This document shows positions 16,460 to 24,745 of a stretch of DNA of 28,576 nt, one piece after another; the first letter of the stretch is position 1; each line of letters starts with the position of its first letter. Source of the DNA: Mollicutes bacterium. Its GTDB lineage: Bacteria; Bacillota_I; Bacilli_A; Izemoplasmatales; Izemoplasmataceae. The stretch is from NCBI GenBank assembly GCA_003551405.1, contig PUMO01000174.1, positions 1 through 28,576 on the forward strand, in the 5' to 3' direction. Both the position numbers and the translations under genes were made by a program. A model generated the notes under the pieces. The model saw only the letters and a list, made by a program, of their open reading frames with translations. It had not been told where the DNA came from and searched no databases.

Positions 16460-17782
16460 ATGAAATTTATCAAAGAATCGTATAAAGGCATTGTTTTTCT
16501 TTTGGTATTGATGGTTGTCAATGCTCTGCTTTGGTTAACTGCAGAACCGATCATTGATCAGTCACTTCAGAGCACCATCGCGCAAGTATTGGGCGCAACC
16601 CTATTACTTGGGTTTACAATGGTGTTTTTCCTCTCCACAAAAAATCGTGTGGTGAACTGGCTCTTTGGTGGGCTTGAAAATGTCTATTTTGCGCACCGGT
16701 GGTTAGCGATGTTCTCTTTTCTATTTATATTTGTACATGGTCAAACCACGAATTTGATTATTCAGTATTACCGAGATGTTCCCTTGAGCGCTGCGTCAAT
16801 GGGACCATGGGCAAGGAATTTATTTATTGGGCTCATTGTGATGGCGTTACTTGCTAAATATATGAAATATGAGCATTGGCGACTGATTCACCGTTTCATG
16901 GTCGTGCCGTATGTGCTTGCTTTTTATCATGCGGTGTTTATCAGTTCATATGATTTGGTGTCACTGAGTCCGCTTGGCATTTGGACAATGTCCTTGGGTG
17001 TCGTTGGGGTCAGTTCAAGTGTTTATATGATTGCGATTTATCGCAAAACTGCTTTCAAACATAAAGGCAGCGTCGTCTCTAAAAATATTCTGGCCGGTGA
17101 TGTGACTGAGATAGAGATCGATTTAGGTGAAACGCTTGATTTTAAGACCGGTCAATTCGTTTTTATTAAAATTAACAAATCGCCATTTGATGGTGTGCCC
17201 CATCCCTTTTCAGTTTCTGGTGGTAAAGATACCCGTATCTTTTTTACCATTAAGGCACTGGGGGACTATACAGAAGATTTAAAAACACACCTTGAAGAGG
17301 GTGACACCGTAGAAGTAACTCGTGCGTATGGTCACATGACGTTTGATGATTATCCTTCGCCTCAGGTGTGGATTGCCGGCGGCATCGGTATAACGCCGTT
17401 TTTGTCCCATGTTCGAAACATGGATCCACCTAAACAAAAAATTACGCTTTATTACTCAGTAAAAGAAAAAAGTGAGGCGGTTCATCTCGATTTATTTCGT
17501 CGAATGGATCAACAATATGAAAATTTCAATTTTGTTTTTTCTGAGAGCGACAAGGATGGGTTTTTCAGTGTGAACGATTTTGATTTGAGTGATGCCCCCC
17601 ATGTGATGATGTGTGGTCCGCTTCCCATGGCTAAAGCGCTTAAAAAACAATTCGCACGAATTGATGATCACCAGGCCTTGACCTATGAAGCGTTCAGTTT
17701 TACTGGCACCCTGGTAGAAGACACGGTTGCTTATTTTAAACGGTTAATCAAAAAATTCAGAATGAGATTTTCACAACAATAG
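16460..17782 (+). CDS. Ferric reductase-like transmembrane flavocytochrome (bacterial NOX-like) with FAD/NAD(P)H-binding domain
   Basis: TM His pairs H-x13-H (AHRW...FVHG) and H-x12-H (IHRF...FYHA); GQFVF, HPFS, KALGDYT, IAGGIGITPF, MCGP, terminal EAFSF. Confidence 0.9.
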   Translation: MKFIKESYKGIVFLLVLMVVNALLWLTAEPIIDQSLQSTIAQVLGATLLLGFTMVFFLSTKNRVVNWLFGGLENVYFAHRWLAMFSFLFIFVHGQTTNLIIQYYRDVPLSAASMGPWARNLFIGLIVMALLAKYMKYEHWRLIHRFMVVPYVLAFYHAVFISSYDLVSLSPLGIWTMSLGVVGVSSSVYMIAIYRKTAFKHKGSVVSKNILAGDVTEIEIDLGETLDFKTGQFVFIKINKSPFDGVPHPFSVSGGKDTRIFFTIKALGDYTEDLKTHLEEGDTVEVTRAYGHMTFDDYPSPQVWIAGGIGITPFLSHVRNMDPPKQKITLYYSVKEKSEAVHLDLFRRMDQQYENFNFVFSESDKDGFFSVNDFDLSDAPHVMMCGPLPMAKALKKQFARIDDHQALTYEAFSFTGTLVEDTVAYFKRLIKKFRMRFSQQ

Positions 17783-17874
17783 TGATTAATAGAATTCAAG
17801 GAAATACGTGAACGTTTTATTTTGCAATTCAATCAACGAATATATACTTATTCGAATGTAGGGGAGATGAAATA

Positions 17875-18945
17875 ATGAGTAATACTAAAGACCGTGCCAA
17901 AGGCGCGCTGATGGGAACATTTATTGGTGAAGCGCTTGGTGTAGGTCCGCATTGGTACTATGATTTGGATGCACTCCGCGAAGCTTTTGGTGAGTGGATA
18001 GATGATTATAAAACGCCTAAGAAAGGGCGTTACCATGAAGGGCTCAAGGCAGGAGAGTTGAGTCAGCAGGGTTGGATTGTTAAAAAAATGGCGGAGTATG
18101 TGGTAGAAAATCAAGGCTATGACCGTGAGAGTTTTTTAAAAACTATGGATGATTCTATTCTTCCTTACGTTCATGATAATCCGCTTAAAGGCATTGGTGG
18201 CTATACATCACAGATGATGCGTCATCTTTATCAGGCTCGTAAAAGAAATAACGAACCCTGGGGAGAGATTGCGAGTATTGCGGATACGACCGAATCACTT
18301 GAACGAAATATCCCCCTGGCGATTTATTACGCAAATGATCCAAAAGCACTCGCCAATCATATTGCGGAAAATACTGCTTATACCCAGCGTGATAACATGG
18401 TGGGGTCACTGACAGTGGCTTTTAACGTTGTGCTTGCCGCGCTTATAAAAGGTGAAGCACTGGACAGCAAACTAAGCAATACGCTGATGAAAAAAGTTTA
18501 TCGTAAGGAACTGCCCTTTTTTGCGGTGACGAGTGAAGGGCTTAATAAACCCATGGTCGGCCGTGATGTGAGCAGTTCTGAAGGGCTTTTTGCCTCACCA
18601 GATGGCCTTTTGTCGCCGTCGCACATGGCACGGGCAGCCAGTGACCCATCGATTGTGATTGAACCTGCCTGGAAAGCATCGATTGTCTATGGCATGCCAT
18701 GTGCCATTTATCATATGTTGCCGGCCAGTTATTATTTGGCCGCCCGTTTTAAGGATGATTTTGAAAGCGGCGTGCTTCATGCCATCAATGGGGGTGGGCA
18801 AAATCAAGTCCGAGCCATGTTAGTGGGCGCATTAATTGGTGCTCAGGTAGGTTTTGAAAAAATTCCCAAGCGTTTTATCACCGGTTTAAAAGACCATGAA
18901 TCGTTAAGTGAACTGGCTGATCGACTGGTTGCCCACTTAATTTAA
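17875..18945 (+). CDS. ADP-ribosylglycohydrolase / crystallin J1 fold protein with atypical active site
   Basis: RAKGALMGTFIGEALGVGPHWYYD, C-terminal AINGGGQNQVRAMLVGALIGAQVGFEKIP. Confidence 0.8.
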   Translation: MSNTKDRAKGALMGTFIGEALGVGPHWYYDLDALREAFGEWIDDYKTPKKGRYHEGLKAGELSQQGWIVKKMAEYVVENQGYDRESFLKTMDDSILPYVHDNPLKGIGGYTSQMMRHLYQARKRNNEPWGEIASIADTTESLERNIPLAIYYANDPKALANHIAENTAYTQRDNMVGSLTVAFNVVLAALIKGEALDSKLSNTLMKKVYRKELPFFAVTSEGLNKPMVGRDVSSSEGLFASPDGLLSPSHMARAASDPSIVIEPAWKASIVYGMPCAIYHMLPASYYLAARFKDDFESGVLHAINGGGQNQVRAMLVGALIGAQVGFEKIPKRFITGLKDHESLSELADRLVAHLI

Positions 18946-19043
18946 TTCTATGCACATTTCGTATTTTCCTGACTTCACGGCGTTCGTTCAATGGATTGAG
19001 CTGTTTAAAAATGGTACGTAAGGGGCCATTTTCAATATTTCAT

Positions 19044-19084
19044 AAAAAACCACGTTGCTACTCAAGTAGTCAACGTGGTTTTTT
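19044..19084. terminator. Bidirectional terminator
   Basis: AAAAAACCACGTTG...CAACGTGGTTTTTT stem between convergent genes. Confidence 0.85.
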
Positions 19085-19142
19085 AACATTACGGTTTGTC
19101 TACAGGTTTAATGAAAATCATTGTGTTTTTAAGTGTGTTGCA

Positions 19143-19759
19143 TTAATCGTCTTTCTTTTTATGAAAGGGATTATCACCGGTATATTCATCCTTGAATGCT
19201 CGGTGGTGTATTGCTTGGGCATGAACGCCACGGGAGGTGATTAATAAAATTAGAACCACCATGGCGAGTATAATTGTATAAACTTCAAGATAAAGTATGA
19301 TAGCGACGGCTGGGAGGGAAAAAGCCGCAAAGATCAAATCGATTTCCAAATCCCTTGAAAACAAGGAAATAATAAAGAGCGCAATAAGATAAACAACTAA
19401 AAATAAAGGGTTTATCAATGTAAATCCACTCATCAAAATCACAATGCCCACCCCATTGCGAAACCCTTTGAACATATTAAAATTATACGCAATGTTCGCG
19501 AGTAAAATGGCACCCCACGCAAGGCTTGACCATCCATTCACGTTTGAAGCAATTAAAACTATCGAAATCCCCTTAATGGCATCCATTAAAATCATGAAGA
19601 AAAACGGTTTTGTTTTACAGAATGCAGCATGTAATCAGGATCTACGACATCGCTTCTGACAAAATCTAGATCACTTTTTGATATGAATGCTTTTAGTGCC
19701 CATTCATTAGGGAAAGACGCAATTAGTACACTGATGAAAAATACCCCGAAATTAATCAC
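19143..19759 (-). pseudogene. PlsY-like (glycerol-3-phosphate acyltransferase family) membrane protein, divergent, split by a frameshift near 19608-19616
   Basis: GTG 19759 opens VINFGVFFISVLIASFPNEW...MLHSVKQ. Adding one A joins it to KPFFFMILMDAIKG...FKGFRNGVG. Rejoined size is ~205 aa, typical of PlsY, and DxxKG is retained. Confidence 0.55.
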
Positions 19760-20070
19760 ACAATCCCGCCATCTGACTCATTTTACCATACATAATATAA
19801 AAAAGATGCCAAGTAAAAATGCATGCGTTCGGATACTAAGCTTGAAAAACAAGGCACACGATTAAGCTGTCAGTTGGTTCTCTGGCACTCTTGTATTTCT
19901 TAAAATAATCCATCCTAACAGTATGGTTTAGGTTCGTTAGTTCGAATCAAACGCATACAGAGGATTTCTATTGGGAATTAAACATTATTCTTAGAAATCG
20001 TTTGATTGTTAATGCCGATGTTAATTGGTTTTATGCTTTAATGGCATTCTTTTTCTCAATCCCTTTATAT

Positions 20071-20111
20071 AAAAAAGGTAGAGCTATGAAAAAACATAAC
20101 TCTACTTTTTT
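20071..20111 (-). terminator. Terminator downstream of DUF1295 gene
   Basis: AAAAGGTAGAGCTATG / CATAACTCTACTTTT imperfect stem with A and T flanks. Confidence 0.7.
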
Positions 20112-20157
20112 AATTACTTTTCGTTTTAATTGAATACTTTTGTGTGAATTTTTTATG

Positions 20158-21033
20158 TTACTCTTTTTTCCCCCAAGGAAAAATCATCGGAACACGTGAC
20201 TTGTAATCTTGCCAGCCGTCGTATTTTTCCATGTGTTTTTCTAAAAGCGGCGTGGAAATTTTGATTAATACCACACTCATTATAAGTGGTGAAATGATTA
20301 GCGCCAGATAGAAAATCAAGGATATTTCGCCACCAATGAGCGCGAACCCAGTGAGATAAAGGCCAATCCAAATTAGAATTTCACCAAAATAGTTGGGATG
20401 TCTCGTAAGTGACCATAGCCCTGAAGTCATGAGCGTCCGTGTGCCTTTTTGGATGTGTCTGCGAAGTTGTTCATCACCAACGATTTCAAACACGAGTCCA
20501 ATCGCTGCAATCAATAGACCGGCGATTGCTAAAAGTGTGATTGGATCATCAAACGAAAATGCATTGAATTTAATCACGAAGTAACTGGCTGAACCTACTG
20601 TGAAATTGATGATACCTTGAATCATAAATACACGGAAAAATGCTGTGATGACGACTTTATCGCCCCATTCTTTGCGCCATTGCTGGTAGCGAAAATCTTC
20701 TGGTTTTCCGTAATTGCGTTTGAGGAGACGCCCACTTAGACGCACACCCCAAACAGTGATGAACCCGACGATAATGTAAGATAAAAGCGTAGGATCATCT
20801 GTGATCAGTAGCGTGGTCCATGCGCCAATCACAAAACCAAAACCCCAGCCAATATCCACAATGGAGTTGTTTTTTATGATTTGCGCAACAATAAAGAAAA
20901 CAGTAAAATATGCAAGTGTTACAAGTAAGGGGATAAAGAGTCCGCCTTGAGCGAATTCACTAAACCCACGCGTCGCAATCGCAGTAATGACTGCGAATAA
21001 AATAGGATAAATAATTAAGCGTCGTTTGTCCAT
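20158..21033 (-). CDS. DUF1295 / steroid 5-alpha-reductase-like membrane protein
   Basis: NNSIVDIGWG, WGVRL, EDFRY, GDEQL, GLWSLTRHPNYFGE.LIW, PLLEK. Start moved to ATG 21033 (GGAAGGTG RBS). Confidence 0.88.
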   Translation of the reverse strand: MDKRRLIIYPILFAVITAIATRGFSEFAQGGLFIPLLVTLAYFTVFFIVAQIIKNNSIVDIGWGFGFVIGAWTTLLITDDPTLLSYIIVGFITVWGVRLSGRLLKRNYGKPEDFRYQQWRKEWGDKVVITAFFRVFMIQGIINFTVGSASYFVIKFNAFSFDDPITLLAIAGLLIAAIGLVFEIVGDEQLRRHIQKGTRTLMTSGLWSLTRHPNYFGEILIWIGLYLTGFALIGGEISLIFYLALIISPLIMSVVLIKISTPLLEKHMEKYDGWQDYKSRVPMIFPWGKKE

Positions 21034-21100
21034 AATATCACCTTCCAAAATTATCATATCATGGATATTATTCTTTAAAATGAAAAGTGCTTATTTTTGT

Positions 21101-21520
21101 TTACTCAGTCGTTGATATCAGTCGTTTGATGATGTGAAGGAAGGCAATGTAAACGAAAAATCCACTAGCAATAAGCGGTGCAGTGCTTTGCGTTAAGCCA
21201 CCATCAATATAGGGGCCATCATACACAAATATAGAACTAAGTCCAAAAATGAGCGCAAGAACCAAAAAGCTTATGATGTTTTTGCGGATGGTGTCTTTGG
21301 TTCCAATGTAGGCATCATTAAATATGGACCGGGTGATATAATACATGCCGGGAATAACAATCAAAATGATCGTTTCGCTGATCGGGTCAGCCCAAGAAAT
21401 CTCAAAATTTGACTTAATGAGTGCATTTACCAGTAACAATCCAAATACAATCATTAAAGCGTGGTGACTCAAGCGGTAATTAACAAATGTTTGACGTTCA
21501 TCCCAGTTTGGTTTCTTCAT
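21101..21520 (-). CDS. Small multi-pass membrane protein (DUF6773-like), coupled to the XRE regulator
   Basis: MKKPNWDERQ...; about four TM segments; GGGAGG RBS; overlaps the 3' end of the HTH gene. Confidence 0.7.
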   Translation of the reverse strand: MKKPNWDERQTFVNYRLSHHALMIVFGLLLVNALIKSNFEISWADPISETIILIVIPGMYYITRSIFNDAYIGTKDTIRKNIISFLVLALIFGLSSIFVYDGPYIDGGLTQSTAPLIASGFFVYIAFLHIIKRLISTTE

Positions 21521-21722
21521 GGTTATCATCCTCCCAAAATAATGTGTCCAGTGATGTTTCAAGTACCTTCGCAATGCGAAGGCAAAGATTAATGGTGGGG
21601 TTATAGTCCCCTTTTTCAATCAAGTTGATGGTTTGTCTGCTTACACCCACTTTTTCTGCAAGTTCCGCTTGCGTTAAATCTTTCATGGCACGTACACTTT
21701 TCATTGTTAAGTTTTTTCCCAC
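21498..21722 (-). CDS. XRE/Cro-family helix-turn-helix transcriptional regulator, 74 aa
   Basis: LTQAELAEKVGVSRQTINLIEKGDYNPT..LCLRIA..L..SLDTLF; GTG start after TGAGGTG. Confidence 0.92.
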   Translation of the reverse strand: MGKNLTMKSVRAMKDLTQAELAEKVGVSRQTINLIEKGDYNPTINLCLRIAKVLETSLDTLFWEDDNHEETKLG

Positions 21723-21744
21723 AGCATCACCTCATTCTAGGGAC

Positions 21745-21773
21745 AATATAAAATATTATTTAATAAATGTCAA
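21745..21773 (-). promoter_or_regulatory. SigmaA-type promoter of the XRE-membrane protein operon
   Basis: Minus strand TTGACA (21773-21768), 17 bp spacer, TATATT (21750-21745). Confidence 0.7.
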
Positions 21774-21794
21774 ATAAATATTACATAAAGTCAT

Positions 21795-21825
21795 AAAAAA
21801 ACACCAAAATGGATTTGGTGTTTTT
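21795..21825 (-). terminator. Terminator downstream of the DAACS symporter
   Basis: AAAAACACCAAA / TTTGGTGTTTTT stem. Confidence 0.8.
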
Positions 21826-21845
21826 AATGGCTGTTCATATGTGTT

Positions 21846-23186
21846 TTACTGAGCCAGGGCATGTGTTTTGGCGTTTTCTTGCGTAAATATGGCGTCATCC
21901 AGCTCATTTTCACTGCGCGCAGTCAGTGAGGCGCTAACCAAGGTTCCTGTGATGTTGATGGCAGTACGTCCCATATCGATTAGGGCATCAACACCAATGA
22001 CAAGTCCAATGCCCTCAAGCGGCAGTCCAAGCGCCACAAGCACAACACTCGCTGCAATTGAAGCAATGCCGGGGACACCAGCAATACCGATTGATGCAAT
22101 CATGGTGGTTAAAATGATGATGAGATAATCGGTCGCAACCAGTTCAAGGCCGAATGCATTGGCGGTAATGATGGCAACGAAGGCCGGGAACATGCCACCG
22201 CATGCATTCATACCAACGTTTGCGCCCAGTGGGGATGCGAAACTGGCGATTCGCTGTGAGACCCCGTTACGCTCATGGAGACTGCGGATGGTCAGGGGCA
22301 TGGTACCCAGAGAGCTTTGAGAGGCAAAGCCAACAATTTGTGCAGGATAAACATTTTTAAGAAATGTCACAGGGTTCATCTTTCCTTTAAACCAAACAAG
22401 CGGTAATTGGACCAGCAATAAGAATAATGCCATGGTCAAATAAAAAACAATGATGTATAACCCAAGCGCTTGTAGGGTTGAAAGGTTGTTGCGTCCGGTT
22501 GCGTTCGCAATGAGTCCAAACACACCATAAGGGGTGAAGCGAAGCACCATTTTAGTGATTCTGATCATGATAGTGTGAAGGCTTTCTATGAATGACGCAA
22601 ACACTTCCACTTTATCGTTATTGCGTTTGCGTTCACCATTGATGCCTAAAGCGATGAACAGTGCAAAGATAATGACTGGAATCATTTGATTCTCAGCCAT
22701 ATGAGCAATGATGTTGCGTGGGAAGAAATCAACAATGACGTTTTCAAACGGAACGATTTCTCGTGGTGAGTAATCAATTCCTGTTACATCAAAACCGGCC
22801 CCCAAATTAAATAGTGTGCCCATAGCGAGCGCAAACACGGCACCCATGGCCGTTGTGATCATCAACCAAAACACCACTTTGATGCTGATGCGTTTCATCT
22901 TTTCAGTTTTACCAAGCGTAATGAAACTTTGGATGATCGATGTGAATACAAGTGGTACGACAATCATCATAATCAGTGAGACATAAATGCTTCCAAGGGA
23001 TGCAAGCACTGTCGCACGCTCTTTAAAGATGCTTCCGATTAAGACACCAAGTACAAGTCCCACAAGGACCCGAATGGAAAAATGCACTTTATATTTTGCA
23101 AGAAGCCATAGACATGCGATGACCCCCGCAGTTAGTAAGTATAGTAAGCCCATTTGCCATGAATCAATTGCCAAGTTGTCAAACAT
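21846..23186 (-). CDS. Dicarboxylate/amino acid:cation symporter (DAACS; possibly cystine TcyP-like)
   Basis: MMIVVPLVF, FFPRNI, PYGVFGLI, FASQSSLGTMP, LGANVGMNACGG, SIGIAGVPG, LIDMGRTAIN. Confidence 0.9.
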   Translation of the reverse strand: MFDNLAIDSWQMGLLYLLTAGVIACLWLLAKYKVHFSIRVLVGLVLGVLIGSIFKERATVLASLGSIYVSLIMMIVVPLVFTSIIQSFITLGKTEKMKRISIKVVFWLMITTAMGAVFALAMGTLFNLGAGFDVTGIDYSPREIVPFENVIVDFFPRNIIAHMAENQMIPVIIFALFIALGINGERKRNNDKVEVFASFIESLHTIMIRITKMVLRFTPYGVFGLIANATGRNNLSTLQALGLYIIVFYLTMALFLLLVQLPLVWFKGKMNPVTFLKNVYPAQIVGFASQSSLGTMPLTIRSLHERNGVSQRIASFASPLGANVGMNACGGMFPAFVAIITANAFGLELVATDYLIIILTTMIASIGIAGVPGIASIAASVVLVALGLPLEGIGLVIGVDALIDMGRTAINITGTLVSASLTARSENELDDAIFTQENAKTHALAQ

Positions 23187-23411
23187 GTTATCACTCCTTC
23201 AAATTGTATTTTGTTAAACAAACTTAACAGACACAAACATACAAGAAGTGTTGTGTAGTGTCTTACATTTCATGAATTTTTCTAAATAGTCTCATATTGT
23301 ATGTGTTAATTAGAAAGTCTGTTGCATGAAGAAACACAAAAAAATAATAGGTAAACCCCTGAAACAAGGCTATAATAAAGATGGTTTTTCTTTAAAGAGA
23401 GGGTGTAAACC

Positions 23412-24122
23412 ATGCGTATAATTAAGGTGTTTTTAAAGCATTCAATTATTATGGGTGTTATCATTGCTTTTTTTATGGTGGGGCTTTATATTGCCAGTCA
23501 TTTCACACCCCTGCATCCTGATGCTTACGTTGATGGGGCTTTAAGTGTTGTGCTTGTATATGCGGGTGTGATTGGTGTCTTGTTTTTTATGTTTGTTGTT
23601 AAGCGTTATATCGTTTTGCCCATGGATGACCCACGCCACGAGGGATTTCGCAAGATGCTCAGTTTAGCCATGATGCGCATGCAAAGCTTGACATGGTTTG
23701 AAATGGTTGCACTGATTTTCCTTTTCTTGACGTTTGTGAACAGTGTGATGATGATTGTTGGAATGGACACACCTAAAGTTGGTACTTTTGCGTATGTGCA
23801 CCTGCTGATTCGAATGTTTTTGATCAGTGGGGTTGTAACGCTTGTCATGTGGGAAAGCGTTTGGCTATATATAAGACGGTTTATTGGTTATAAAGACCAT
23901 GGTTGTCATACTCTTATAAATGAAGGGCGCGCCAATGTTTTCATTGATGTTGCCAAACGCTTCACCTTACTGACAGTGGGTGGGTCGTTAATGATTATCG
24001 GCTTTTCTCGCTGGTTTAGTATTCAAGGCGGACGTCCCCTTTATAGTGCGCTTGTTTTACTTGCGCTTGCCTTGGTAATTGGTGAGGTTATTATAAAGCA
24101 AATGAAAACGCCTCAGACGTAA
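23412..24122 (+). CDS. Hypothetical polytopic membrane protein, 236 aa
   Basis: About six hydrophobic segments; GAGGGTG RBS; TATAAT at 23371-23376 upstream. Confidence 0.75.
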   Translation: MRIIKVFLKHSIIMGVIIAFFMVGLYIASHFTPLHPDAYVDGALSVVLVYAGVIGVLFFMFVVKRYIVLPMDDPRHEGFRKMLSLAMMRMQSLTWFEMVALIFLFLTFVNSVMMIVGMDTPKVGTFAYVHLLIRMFLISGVVTLVMWESVWLYIRRFIGYKDHGCHTLINEGRANVFIDVAKRFTLLTVGGSLMIIGFSRWFSIQGGRPLYSALVLLALALVIGEVIIKQMKTPQT

Positions 24123-24220
24123 ATGGCTTATTTACTCGCTGTTTTGTATTTGGGTTTACGTAAAGATGCCAATGGGGTATAGTGTAATTACACGCCAAGT
24201 TATGATTAAAGGAGTATTTG

Positions 24221-24601
24221 ATGAGCAATCCATACGATTTTGAAGGATACATTGGCCAAAAGAAACAAGACGATATGTCACAACAAGCCATGGAACAGAT
24301 GGGGACACTTGGTTTTAGGGTTTTGAAAAACTTTTACCTTGTTCCTTTTTTACTGACCCTGCCGTTGACGGTTGTGGGGGCGGTGCTGTTTATGGTCACC
24401 TATCTGTTTGAGAAAATGCGACAGCCCTTCGTATTGAAACGTCGTACACTCCGCAGTAAGAAAACATCGTTCAATATTTTTTTAATACTGCTCAACGTTG
24501 TTATATGGCCGATTTCCTTTGTATATTTTTTCTTTGCGTTACTCGGTCTTTTATTTATCATGCCTTATTCCCTTTTACTTCGGAAGAAAATGCAACGGTA
24601 A
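24221..24601 (+). CDS. Hypothetical membrane protein, 126 aa
   Basis: AAGGAG RBS, two hydrophobic helices, followed by a terminator. Confidence 0.7.
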   Translation: MSNPYDFEGYIGQKKQDDMSQQAMEQMGTLGFRVLKNFYLVPFLLTLPLTVVGAVLFMVTYLFEKMRQPFVLKRRTLRSKKTSFNIFLILLNVVIWPISFVYFFFALLGLLFIMPYSLLLRKKMQR

Positions 24602-24607
24602 GTTACT

Positions 24608-24658
24608 AAAAAAACCTATAAAGCCACTCGCAAATCAGTTTGGCTTTGTAGGTTTTTT
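24608..24658 (+). terminator. Intrinsic terminator
   Basis: AAAAAACCTATAAAGCCA / TGGCTTTGTAGGTTTTTT stem. Confidence 0.8.
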
Positions 24659-24745
24659 ATTTAATCGCTTAAAGTATTGTACCGCATTTTTTTCTTCGAT
24701 ATAATAAAATTAAATATATTTATTATTAGAACAAGGGGATGAAGG

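Noticed and set aside
18950-19021. 23-codon ORF (MHISYF...) between the ARH-like gene and its terminator
   Set aside because: No RBS and no recognisable features
19866-19952. tRNA-like words TCAGTTGGTT and GTTCGAATC
   Set aside because: They are about 70 nt apart, too far for a tRNA, and no acceptor or anticodon stems can be built. The 19760-20070 spacer remains unexplained.
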